Origin: an uncultured Bacilli bacterium
GTDB lineage: Bacteria > Bacillota_I > Bacilli_A > RF39 > UBA660
Reading direction: 5' to 3'
NCBI GenBank assembly: GCA_934167465.1
Contig: CAKPKR010000001.1
Coordinates: forward strand, 182,336-214,335
Length of the DNA: 32,000 bases
Shown: positions 1 through 8,822 of the stretch, in pieces
How positions within the stretch are numbered: the stretch's first letter is position 1
Layout: each line of letters opens with the position of its first letter
Program-made: the position numbers and the translations under genes
Notes under the pieces: generated by a model
What the model was told of the DNA's origin: nothing
Seen by the model: the letters and a program-made list of their open reading frames with translations, nothing else
Databases searched by the model: none

Positions 1-70
1 ACTATTTAAATTATGGTAATTAAACATTTTGTTTGGTTATATAAAAGAATAAAAAGAGGAGGTGCGATTT

Positions 71-193
71 ATGAAACAATTATTAGCTAATATTTTTGCC
101 GGTGTTGGTACTATGGCTGCTGATGGAGAATCAAGTGCATGTTTTATGTGGTTTATTGATGAACCAGAATGTCCAAAAAGTTTAATTAAATAA
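71..193 (+). CDS. agrD: AgrD-like autoinducing-peptide precursor (40 aa; too short for the ORF track)
   Basis: ATG at 71 lies 8 nt after GGAGG (58-62). Translation is MKQLLANIFAGVGTMAADGESSACFMWFIDEPECPKSLIK. It has a hydrophobic N-terminus, a single internal Cys, and a C-terminal IDEPECPKSL tail resembling the conserved AgrD DE.EVPKEL recognition tail. Confidence 0.7.
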   Translation: MKQLLANIFAGVGTMAADGESSACFMWFIDEPECPKSLIK

Positions 194-202
194 TTATATT
201 AT

Positions 203-236
203 AAAAAGTATAACGATTCGTTATACTTTATTTTTT
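203..236. terminator. Bidirectional rho-independent terminator between convergent agrD and the kinase gene
   Basis: 10-bp inverted repeat AAGTATAACG (206-215) / CGTTATACTT (219-228). An A-run lies upstream and a T-run downstream. It overlaps the kinase stop codon. Confidence 0.55.
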
Positions 237-1525
237 ACATATAATTTTTGAATATAATAAATACCACTAATTTCTCTTGATTGTGATAAACAATCAGTTT
301 TTTCAATTAAGTCTTTAGCTAAAGCTAATCCATAACCTTTCCCCTCGCCTTTAGTAGAGTAACCTTCTTTGTCTATTTTATCAATAATTATTTCATTACT
401 ATACGTATTTGATATTTTAAATACGGTATTTTTATCTTCAACGTATACTTCAAATATTATGTATTTTTCTTTAGATTGTTCTGACGCTTCAATTGCATTA
501 TCTAAGTATACTCCTAATATTTTACTAACACTTTGTAAGTTTTTGTCACAATTAAGCCAATATTTTGAATCTTTTAATTCACTAGATACGTCTATAAATA
601 TATTTAATTTTTTCTTTTTCATTGTATCAATTTTATAATGAATTAATCCTTTTAAACCACCTTTAGGTATATACATTAATTTATTATCAATTTCTAAATC
701 CTCTTCTGTTTCATTATCTAATAAGGAATCAATGTATTCGATTGTTTTTTTATTTTTAACCATCAATCTTATTACTGCTAACTGATTCTTGTATTCATGT
801 TGGTTTTTACTTTTTTCATCTAATAATTTTTCATATGTTTGAACATAATCTAATAATTGATCATATTCATATGTTATCTTGTTCTTAGAAGTTTTTTCTT
901 TAAAAAATCCTATTATAAATATAAAAACACCCGCACAAAATAAATTTGTTAGAATCATTACTGATGGTGGCAAAATATTTATAAAATTATTATATAATGC
1001 AAATATAAAAATTGTTAAGATTACAAATACAAAAAATATAAGACTTTTATATTCGTTTTGATTATACCATTCCATAATATGATTGGTTAAATTTCTAACA
1101 AATCCGATTCTACTTATCAAATAGCATATAAATAAAACCAAAATATTCAATAATAAATAGTAAATGTAATTATTATTTATTGTAGAAAAATCAGTTTTAA
1201 ATGCCAAAATTCCTATAGTCCCAACTACAAATTCTGATATGAATGACATAGCAACTATAATTAAAAGTCCTAACAATGTTTTAATCAATTTTTGCTTATA
1301 TAAAATAAGTAACGTTACAAATACAAACAAATGCGTTATATATGGCCTTATATATGCCAAATTATTAATGCTGCTAATTAAACAAATTAATGAAACAAAT
1401 AAAATACTTAATATAATATTTTTATAATTAAATTTAAATTTCTCTTTGCATACCATCGTACAAAATAAATAACTATATAAGAAAAAATACAATACACCAC
1501 ATATAAACCAACTAACAATTAACAT
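221..1525 (-). CDS. AgrC-like (HPK10) membrane sensor histidine kinase
   Basis: 434 aa. The N-terminal ~200 aa are polytopic and hydrophobic. It has an H-box HEYKNQL, an N-box LDNAIEA and a G-box GEGKGYGLALAKDLI. Its start overlaps the stop of the upstream LytTR regulator gene. Confidence 0.8.
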   Translation of the reverse strand: MLIVSWFICGVLYFFLYSYLFCTMVCKEKFKFNYKNIILSILFVSLICLISSINNLAYIRPYITHLFVFVTLLILYKQKLIKTLLGLLIIVAMSFISEFVVGTIGILAFKTDFSTINNNYIYYLLLNILVLFICYLISRIGFVRNLTNHIMEWYNQNEYKSLIFFVFVILTIFIFALYNNFINILPPSVMILTNLFCAGVFIFIIGFFKEKTSKNKITYEYDQLLDYVQTYEKLLDEKSKNQHEYKNQLAVIRLMVKNKKTIEYIDSLLDNETEEDLEIDNKLMYIPKGGLKGLIHYKIDTMKKKKLNIFIDVSSELKDSKYWLNCDKNLQSVSKILGVYLDNAIEASEQSKEKYIIFEVYVEDKNTVFKISNTYSNEIIIDKIDKEGYSTKGEGKGYGLALAKDLIEKTDCLSQSREISGIYYIQKLYVKNKV

Positions 1526-2225
1526 AACCTTTAAGTCCTTTCTTCTTATCTCTTGATACTAAATTCATAGATGTTCCATTTTTAAAATATACAATACTAT
1601 CTTTCCAAACTACATGATCTATATTTGTCAAATTTACTAAACAACTTCTATGACATAAATAAAAGTCACTACCCAACTCTTTAGATAATTCATTCAAACT
1701 TTTATTAGTAATAATATTGCGATTAACTGTATGAATAATACATTTTCTATCAACAGTATCTCTTTCAATATATAAAATATCTGATAAATATACAATATAA
1801 GTTGTACCACTCGTATCAAACTTTATAACTTTTTTCTGATTAACTAATTCTAAAGCTTTATTTATTGCTCTTTCCAATGACTTATTACAATCATCAAACT
1901 TTGATACAAAATCTAATAGCATTATTTGTGCTTTCATAGCCTGATAACCTAACTCATTATGTGAAGTAACTAATATTATGATACTATCCCAATCATATCT
2001 TCTAACTTTTCTAGCAATATCAATACCTGAAATACTATTTTTAATTTCAATATCCAATATGTAAATCTTTGGAGATTTTTTATTGATAAGTTTCTCAAAA
2101 CCTTTGTTATAAGAATCAAACTCATAAATTTTATAATCTTCGTTATTCTTCATATAAATTTTATCAATAATTTTTACAACATTACTTCTGAATACTTTCT
2201 CATCATCACAAACCACAAACTCCAT
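1512..2225 (-). CDS. LytTR-family response regulator (AgrA-like)
   Basis: 237 aa. The receiver domain shows VVCDDE and ILDIEI. The C-terminal LytTR domain shows the FYLCHRSCLVNLTNI motif. Confidence 0.85.
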   Translation of the reverse strand: MEFVVCDDEKVFRSNVVKIIDKIYMKNNEDYKIYEFDSYNKGFEKLINKKSPKIYILDIEIKNSISGIDIARKVRRYDWDSIIILVTSHNELGYQAMKAQIMLLDFVSKFDDCNKSLERAINKALELVNQKKVIKFDTSGTTYIVYLSDILYIERDTVDRKCIIHTVNRNIITNKSLNELSKELGSDFYLCHRSCLVNLTNIDHVVWKDSIVYFKNGTSMNLVSRDKKKGLKGYVNC

Positions 2226-2274
2226 TGTTTCATCCCTCTACTCTTTAATATTTAAGTATTTACTATCCGTTAAC

Positions 2275-2303
2275 ATAATAGCACATTCATCATTAAATTT
2301 CAA
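2275..2303 (-). promoter_or_regulatory. Candidate sigma-A promoter for the regulator/kinase operon
   Basis: On the minus strand, TTGAAA (2303-2298), a 17-nt spacer, then TATTAT (2280-2275), about 50 nt upstream of the start at 2225. The AT-rich background makes chance matches likely. Confidence 0.3.
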
Positions 2304-2308
2304 TAAAC

Positions 2309-2341
2309 CTAAAAAAATAATGTCCATACAAAGACATTATT
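2309..2341 (-). terminator. Rho-independent terminator after the AbiEi-like gene
   Basis: 9-bp stem AATAATGTC (2316-2324) / GACATTATT (2333-2341), followed by a T-run on the minus strand (A-run 2311-2315 on plus). Confidence 0.5.
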
Positions 2342-2883
2342 TAACTTAATACTTCTCTCTTAATTCTGTCTACAATTTTTGGATCTTTGAAATTAATAAT
2401 ATACTCGTTTAATTTGTTTTTATTTAATAATTTTGATATTCTCTTGTAATTATTGATAATTTCATGATAAGATTCAAAATCCATATTTTTTTTATTTCTT
2501 ACAACATCAATCAATAATCGTTCCAAATCATATATCAAAATATTAAATCCTTGATAAGTTATTTTGCTAATACCAGTATTATATAATTTATCAGTAGTGA
2601 AAATTTGTTTAATATATTCATCTTTTATTTTTCTATCTTTTTGTTTAGTAGCTATAACATATGGAATTTTATTTTTACTAATAAGTCCATAACAATATGC
2701 AGCTGTCTCAAGAGTAAAAACTGCATTAGGATGCTTTACAGCAATAACCTCTAGATAGTTATAATTTAATTTATCAGAATATATACCTTTTTTAACAACA
2801 TACAACTTATTTTCATTAACCATTTTTTTTATCTGATAATCACTAAAACCTTTTTTAGTTAAATCAGTATACAAATATACCAT
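2341..2883 (-). CDS. AbiEi-like (type IV TA antitoxin family) DNA-binding protein, no adjacent AbiEii
   Basis: The N-terminus DLTKKGFSDYQIKKMVNENKLYVVKKGIYS resembles the AbiEi_4 winged-helix signature (G..rv.rGiY). The likely start is the ATG at 2883 (GAAGGTGA SD), not the track start at 2928. Confidence 0.45.
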   Translation of the reverse strand: MVYLYTDLTKKGFSDYQIKKMVNENKLYVVKKGIYSDKLNYNYLEVIAVKHPNAVFTLETAAYCYGLISKNKIPYVIATKQKDRKIKDEYIKQIFTTDKLYNTGISKITYQGFNILIYDLERLLIDVVRNKKNMDFESYHEIINNYKRISKLLNKNKLNEYIINFKDPKIVDRIKREVLS

Positions 2884-2946
2884 ATTTTCACCTTCATAAA
2901 TTATACTATACAATAAAGTTAAATTCAATACATTACCTACAAAAAA

Positions 2947-5517
2947 TTAAATTGACATTGAGATATTTTTCTTTTTACATATATATTTTCTAACCCAATC
3001 AATAGGTATTATAGTAAAGGAAATAAAGATAATTAATAATAATTCAGAAATAGTGAGTCCGGCTGTTCTAAATAAATTTCCACCATAATAAATTAAAACT
3101 AATTGAACTACTATTATTAAAAACATTATAAATAAGAATACTTTATTCTTTAACAAATTAGCAAAAATATTAATTCTTGTAGTTCTAACATTGAAAGAAT
3201 TAAATAAGCAAGTAAAAATAAATAACCCAAAAAAAGCAGTCATAAAATATATATCTTGAACATTATCTCTAAATAATGATTTAAAAAATGGAACTTTTAA
3301 AAATAAAATACAAAGAATTGTTAAATAAGAACCCGCCATAAAAACCTCGGTTAACATATATTTATTAACAATTGATTCATTTTTTTTCTTTGGTAATTCA
3401 TTCATATATTCAATTAATGGTGGCTCAAATGAGAACGCTAATCCTGCTAAAGTATCCATAACCATATTTACCCATAACATTTGAATAACTGTTATTGGCG
3501 TCTCTACTCCTATAAATGGTCCAATTATTGATAAACATATTGCGCACATATTTACTGTTAATTGAAATACAATAAATTTTCGGATGCTTTTGAATATTGT
3601 TCTACCAAACAATATTGCCTTTGATATTGATAAAAAATTATCATCTAAAATAACGATATCAGCAGCTTCTTTAGCAACTTCAGTTCCGCTTCCCATAGCA
3701 AAACCAACATCTGCTTGTTTTAAAGCAGGAGCATCATTAACACCATCACCAGTCATACCGACTACTAAATCTAATTCTCTTGCAATTCTAACAAGTTTAC
3801 TTTTATCTTTGGGGAGAGCTCTAGCAACTATCTTTATTCTTGGAAAAATTTGTTTTAACTCTGCATCTGATAATTTATTTAACTCTTCACTTGTAATTAC
3901 AATTGAATCCTTGTCCAACATTCCTAATTCTTCGCCTATTGCTTCAGCTGTATTTTTATTATCTCCTGTAATCATTATTGTATTTATATGAGCGTTTTTA
4001 ACTAATCTTATTCCTTCTATTGCTTCTTCCCTAATTTCATCTTTAATTGCAATTATACCGACTAAACAATAATCGTTTTGGCTTAAATCATATGAATCAT
4101 TTTGAGCAATTGCTATCAATCTATTTCCTTTTTTTGCTAACGCCTCAATTGTATTTGTTATTTCTTTTTTATTGTATAAATATTTTTTAGAACCCATTTT
4201 ATTGTAATATCTAGTACACATTGGAATTATTTTTTCAGGAGCTCCTTTTATTAATTTGATTTTTTTATCCTTTTTAATTATTGTCTCCATATATTTGTTT
4301 TTACTATCAAATGGAATAGTTTCCAATATTTCATATTTTTTAATATTATTACCTATATATTTAAGTAATGCTCTATCTGTACTATTACCACCAACTATTT
4401 TTTCTTTACTGTATTCACTAGAATTATTATATAAAATAGAATCAATTACAATTGTTTTTAATTCACCATCAATAGTGTTTAAATTACCATAGTAGTTTAA
4501 ATTACCATCAATAAAATTTGTAACTTCTAATTTTCCTTTGGTTAAAGTACCTGTTTTATCTGTTAATAAAACATTAATATTACCAGCTGTTTCAATTCCC
4601 ATCAACTTTCTAACTAAAACATTATTTTTTAACATTTTTTTCATATTTGATGATAATACCAATGTTATCATCATTGGTAAACCTTCAGGAACTGCTACAA
4701 CTATTATAGTAACTGATAAGGTTAAGGCGTATAAAATATGTCCAATTAGTAACGGAACATTTGTAATTGTATTGATGATTGCATCAATATTAAAATTATT
4801 TTGAATTACTATTTCTGAAAATAAATATGCAAATGATACTAATATTGCACCTATATATCCGATTTTACTTATTTGAGCCGCTAACTCAGTTAGTCTTATT
4901 TTCAATGGACTATCAGGACTTTTAGTTTTTAATTCGGTTGCCACACTACCATACATAGTATTTTTTCCTACTTTTTTTACTAACATTTTTGCTCTTTTGG
5001 AATACACAACTGTTCCCATATATAATTCATCATTTTTATTTTTATTTTTTTCCTTTGATTCACCGGTTAGTAAAGATTCATCTACTGATATATTTCCATC
5101 TATTAATATTCCATCTGCTGGAATTTTATCACCTGTTTCTAAAACTACTATATCGTTTACTACTACTTCTTCAATATTTATTTCTTTTATTTTATTGTTT
5201 CGAATTACTTTTGTTTTAATTTTTGAAGATTCTTCTTGCATTCTTTTAAAGGCTTGTTCACTTCCATATTCAGATATTGTTGATATAAATGAAGCAATAA
5301 AGATTGCTATTACTATTCCAACAGTTTCATACCAGTCAAAATTTTTTATTAAAAATACTGTTTTAATTCCTAATGCGATTAATAAAATTCTAATTATTGG
5401 ATCGCTCAATGATTCTAATAGTAACTTCCAGAAACTATTATTTTTACTATCCATTAAAATATTTGAGCCATATTTTTCTCTATTTATTTTTACTTCTTCT
5501 TCTGTTAGTCCTGTCAT
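2947..5517 (-). CDS. Cation (Ca2+-type, P2) P-type ATPase
   Basis: 856 aa with TGES, DKTGTLT, TGDN and GDGVNDAPALKQADVG motifs. It has about 10 hydrophobic segments. Confidence 0.9.
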   Translation of the reverse strand: MTGLTEEEVKINREKYGSNILMDSKNNSFWKLLLESLSDPIIRILLIALGIKTVFLIKNFDWYETVGIVIAIFIASFISTISEYGSEQAFKRMQEESSKIKTKVIRNNKIKEINIEEVVVNDIVVLETGDKIPADGILIDGNISVDESLLTGESKEKNKNKNDELYMGTVVYSKRAKMLVKKVGKNTMYGSVATELKTKSPDSPLKIRLTELAAQISKIGYIGAILVSFAYLFSEIVIQNNFNIDAIINTITNVPLLIGHILYALTLSVTIIVVAVPEGLPMMITLVLSSNMKKMLKNNVLVRKLMGIETAGNINVLLTDKTGTLTKGKLEVTNFIDGNLNYYGNLNTIDGELKTIVIDSILYNNSSEYSKEKIVGGNSTDRALLKYIGNNIKKYEILETIPFDSKNKYMETIIKKDKKIKLIKGAPEKIIPMCTRYYNKMGSKKYLYNKKEITNTIEALAKKGNRLIAIAQNDSYDLSQNDYCLVGIIAIKDEIREEAIEGIRLVKNAHINTIMITGDNKNTAEAIGEELGMLDKDSIVITSEELNKLSDAELKQIFPRIKIVARALPKDKSKLVRIARELDLVVGMTGDGVNDAPALKQADVGFAMGSGTEVAKEAADIVILDDNFLSISKAILFGRTIFKSIRKFIVFQLTVNMCAICLSIIGPFIGVETPITVIQMLWVNMVMDTLAGLAFSFEPPLIEYMNELPKKKNESIVNKYMLTEVFMAGSYLTILCILFLKVPFFKSLFRDNVQDIYFMTAFFGLFIFTCLFNSFNVRTTRINIFANLLKNKVFLFIMFLIIVVQLVLIYYGGNLFRTAGLTISELLLIIFISFTIIPIDWVRKYICKKKNISMSI

Positions 5518-5589
5518 ATATATTCCTCCTAATAAATTTTATTAGAAAGATCTTTTTTTATAATTAAAAGTAATCGACAAAAATTTTAA

Positions 5590-5615
5590 AAAAAAGAAAA
5601 CTGTTTAAAGTTTTC
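5590..5615 (-). terminator. Rho-independent terminator after the thioredoxin-like gene
   Basis: Stem GAAAACT (5596-5602) / AGTTTTC (5609-5615) with a T-run on the minus strand (A-run 5588-5595 on plus). Confidence 0.5.
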
Positions 5616-6292
5616 TAACAAGCATCATCGCAAAATATTTCAAATGTCTTATTTAAATAATCATAATATATTGTTTTTAATTCCTCGTATTGTTCTTTGT
5701 TTAAACCATCATATGGGTTTTTTTGAGATTCAACTGTAGAATTGTGTAATCCAATTATTTTTCCATTTTTTACAAATAAAACAGTTGGAAAATATAATCT
5801 CTTAATTGTTTCATCATTTAAGCCATCATAAACAGGTAAATAATCATATAATAATTCTACTAATTCTTTGTATTCTTTTGTTCCTTCTTCTTCGACAACG
5901 ATATTTCCACTTTCATCTAGTGTTTTTTTATCTCTTATTGAAAGTGCATTATAATAATAAATTTTTTCAATTCCCAATTCTTTAGCAGTATCTAATAATA
6001 CAGGAACAGCATTACGACACCAAGGACATTCTGGAAATCCAAAATAAATTACCGCTGTATCATTTTTTATTAAATTTATTACTTTATCATAGTCAGCATA
6101 AACTATTGGATTTATTTTATCTATATTTACTTTAATATATTCTTTTCCATTTTTGTTTTTTGTTTCATTTAATGATTCATATTCTTTTTTAAATTTAATG
6201 GCGTCATTATCTTCTTTTTTATATTTAAATCCTATTATAAAAATACATATGATTGCCATTAAAGATATTAAAATTACTTTAAATTTATCCAT
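5615..6292 (-). CDS. Membrane-anchored thioredoxin-fold protein (CxxC)
   Basis: 225 aa. It has an N-terminal transmembrane helix (VILISLMAIICIFIIGF) and an FPECPWCRNAVPVL CxxC motif. Its start lies 9 nt after the Abi_2 stop and has its own AGGAG SD. Confidence 0.6.
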   Translation of the reverse strand: MDKFKVILISLMAIICIFIIGFKYKKEDNDAIKFKKEYESLNETKNKNGKEYIKVNIDKINPIVYADYDKVINLIKNDTAVIYFGFPECPWCRNAVPVLLDTAKELGIEKIYYYNALSIRDKKTLDESGNIVVEEEGTKEYKELVELLYDYLPVYDGLNDETIKRLYFPTVLFVKNGKIIGLHNSTVESQKNPYDGLNKEQYEELKTIYYDYLNKTFEIFCDDAC

Positions 6293-6301
6293 ATAACTCC
6301 T

Positions 6302-7237
6302 TTATTTAATTTCTAATATTTGTCTAAAATTACTAGGAAAACCAATTTTATTTAAAATTGTTTCAACAGGTACTGTATCTACTTTTCCATCCAAGATATC
6401 TATTTCATAACTTATTTGATTCATTAAGTCTCTAAATTCTCCTTCTGTAAGCATTATTTTTAAAATTATCATCACAGCAAATAAATCATTTTTGCCATAT
6501 ATATATTCATCATCTACCATTGGAATTTCTAATATATGGTGATATTTAGTATTTGGAATACACCTTTGTGTCCTGTGATCATATAAAATATCCTCATGAG
6601 CACACAAATTGCGGAAATTTGATAAGATAGCTAGATAAGTTGACATTGTTTCTGGGTCAATGTGATAAATATCTGCTATATTAATTTGATCATCCACTTT
6701 TAATATTCCGTATAGTTCAGTTATAATTCCAAACGACAATACTTTTACTAAAATCCACATTGGGATATATCCATAGTTCATTATATAATGGGATGTTGCA
6801 GCATGTTGTTTTCCGTTTATTCTTATTTGCCTTTTCATTTTATTTAATACATCATATACTTGTCTTACTTTCATATTATCTTGAATAAAGTTTTTAGGAT
6901 TTAAATAATCTTTCTCTTTAAAACCATATTTTTTTGACATTTGGTAGCTTATTATTGATTTAATATTATTTTCTACAATCAAAATAAATTTAAACATTAT
7001 GTTTCTTATATTGCGATCAAAAATAAATGTGGCATATAATTCTTCAAATCTTGTACCATATATAAACACATTTGGTTTATTATTTTTTTGAAATAAATGA
7101 CGATATCCACTTATAAAAAAATAATTTTCTCTAAATAATATTTCTTTTGCATTTTCAATATCATTAATAATTAATCCTTTATTTTTTAATATTTCTATTT
7201 GTTCATCTAAGGTTTTAAAGGTTTTTTGTCTCCCCAT
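6302..7237 (-). CDS. Abi_2 (AbiD/AbiF-like) abortive-infection family protein
   Basis: 311 aa. The N-terminus TLDEQIEILKNKGLIINDIENAKEILFRENYFFISGYRHLF and the later CAHEDILYD region resemble the Abi_2 family pattern. Recognised by eye only. Confidence 0.6.
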   Translation of the reverse strand: MGRQKTFKTLDEQIEILKNKGLIINDIENAKEILFRENYFFISGYRHLFQKNNKPNVFIYGTRFEELYATFIFDRNIRNIMFKFILIVENNIKSIISYQMSKKYGFKEKDYLNPKNFIQDNMKVRQVYDVLNKMKRQIRINGKQHAATSHYIMNYGYIPMWILVKVLSFGIITELYGILKVDDQINIADIYHIDPETMSTYLAILSNFRNLCAHEDILYDHRTQRCIPNTKYHHILEIPMVDDEYIYGKNDLFAVMIILKIMLTEGEFRDLMNQISYEIDILDGKVDTVPVETILNKIGFPSNFRQILEIK

Positions 7238-7364
7238 AATTAACCTCCTTACTATATTTATTATACCATTTATTATTTATATTGTGAATTAGTTTTTTTA
7301 TATATAATGTAATTAACATAGCAATATTTTTAAATAAAATTATTTTATTAATTTATAAAATTAC

Positions 7365-7910
7365 TTATTTGAAATAAGACAAGGTAGCAGAAACTATTGT
7401 TTCAGCTATTTTATTTTGATATATTTCTTGTTTTAAAAGATATCTTTCATTTGGGTTACTTAAAAAACCTACTTCTAATAGTATACCTGGAACTTTCAAT
7501 CTTTTTTGCAAATAAAGAGTATTATCTTTTTTATATTTTCTTGTACTATTCAAGTTTTTTTTGAATTCTTCTTGAAATATTTTAGCTATTTCAATGTTTT
7601 TTTCATTTTTATCAGCATAGAATGCTTGAGCACCTCTATAAGTATTTGTTTCTTCAGCATTTAAATGAATTGATAAAAATAAATCACAATCTGATTTATT
7701 AATAATATTACTTCTTCTTGATAAATCACTTCTTTTTCTATTTATAGTATTATTTACTGATAAATCATAATCTCCATATCTTGTCATATATACTATAGCG
7801 CCTAGTTTTAATAATTTTTCTTCGATTTTTTTACTTATTTCTAGATTAATATCTTTTTCTTTGATTTCACCATACATGGCACCGGGATCCAAGCCACCAT
7901 GTGCAGGCAC
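7365..7910 (-). CDS. cwlD: 3' segment of the split germination-specific N-acetylmuramoyl-L-alanine amidase CwlD (Amidase_3)
   Basis: AHGGLDPGA..., SIHLNA..., GAQAFY... and EVGFLSNPNE motifs follow the CwlD/Amidase_3 layout. The reading frame opens only at a GTG (7910) directly after an in-frame TAG. The signal/TM N-terminus is missing here and is found at 14136-14270. Confidence 0.8.
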   Translation of the reverse strand: MPAHGGLDPGAMYGEIKEKDINLEISKKIEEKLLKLGAIVYMTRYGDYDLSVNNTINRKRSDLSRRSNIINKSDCDLFLSIHLNAEETNTYRGAQAFYADKNEKNIEIAKIFQEEFKKNLNSTRKYKKDNTLYLQKRLKVPGILLEVGFLSNPNERYLLKQEIYQNKIAETIVSATLSYFK

Positions 7911-7928
7911 TTGCTAAATCCAAATTTA

Positions 7929-8762
7929 TTATTTCATTTCTATTTTTTCTTGATAATGTTTTTCTTTTTCTAATTCTTTTAACGATTTTTTAGGTGTTGG
8001 TAATTTTTCTGGCATTGTTCCATCATTTTTTGTAATTACCTCTCTAATATTTTTTCCAATATTATAATGTGTTTCGTTAGCATCTTTTTCACTAGATATA
8101 TTATCTCTTTTTAGTTTTGATTCAGTTTGAGTTATACGGAAAAGGTTAGCTGCTAATTCTTCACTACCCATATTATCTAAAATATCTTCACGATATCTTA
8201 AATTTTTTCTTTTAGCAATATCATTTGCAGTTTCACCATTATATAATCCTTTATATCCTGCATTATGAAATTTATCAAAATTTTTAACTCCACACTTTTT
8301 AGCAACTTGATTTAAAGAGTAATTACCTTTTTTAGTTAAACTTCTTTGATAAAATCTTTTTTCATCTTCAGTTAACATAGAATACTCTTTTTCAGTTAAT
8401 TCTTGACGTCTTGTTTGTACTGCAAAATAAGTTTGACCTAAAGCAACAACTTCTTTTCTAGGATCTGAATTTTGTACAATAAGATAACAAGCATATCTTG
8501 ATAACTTATAATCTTCAATACTTCTTGATGTTTTAGAACCAATACTTACCATTTTGTCAACGCCGACAAAATGGTCTGTGATACTAATTCCACTATTTAA
8601 ACAAGCTTCTTGTGCTTTTGTAATTACGCCTTTAAATTTTCTCCATTCCTTATAATCTAAAGCAATTTTTAATTCTCTTGCTAACCAATATTCATTACCA
8701 TATTCATCTATATGTTTAATATTTTCAAATATTGTTTCATTATATTCTTTAATTTCGTTCAT
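7929..8762 (-). CDS. DinD-like (DNA-damage-inducible protein D family) protein
   Basis: 277 aa. YWLARELKIALDYKEWRKF, ITDHFV, KLSRYACYLIVQNSDPRKE and GQTYFAVQTRRQE resemble the E. coli DinD family as I recall it. Confidence 0.6.
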   Translation of the reverse strand: MNEIKEYNETIFENIKHIDEYGNEYWLARELKIALDYKEWRKFKGVITKAQEACLNSGISITDHFVGVDKMVSIGSKTSRSIEDYKLSRYACYLIVQNSDPRKEVVALGQTYFAVQTRRQELTEKEYSMLTEDEKRFYQRSLTKKGNYSLNQVAKKCGVKNFDKFHNAGYKGLYNGETANDIAKRKNLRYREDILDNMGSEELAANLFRITQTESKLKRDNISSEKDANETHYNIGKNIREVITKNDGTMPEKLPTPKKSLKELEKEKHYQEKIEMK

Positions 8763-8822
8763 CCATTACCTCCTATTTTTCGGTATTCCTTATTTTGTAG
8801 AAAAGTCCAAATCATTACTTTA

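Noticed and set aside
369-5545. Plus-strand ORFs from the track: 369-638, 879-1061, 1239-1427, 3584-3991, 4256-4492, 4538-4804, 4989-5219 and 4997-5545
   Set aside because: They lie antisense within well-supported minus-strand genes (the kinase and the P-type ATPase). They have low-complexity Ile/Leu/Phe/Ser-rich translations typical of shadow frames in AT-rich DNA. They have no SD sequences.
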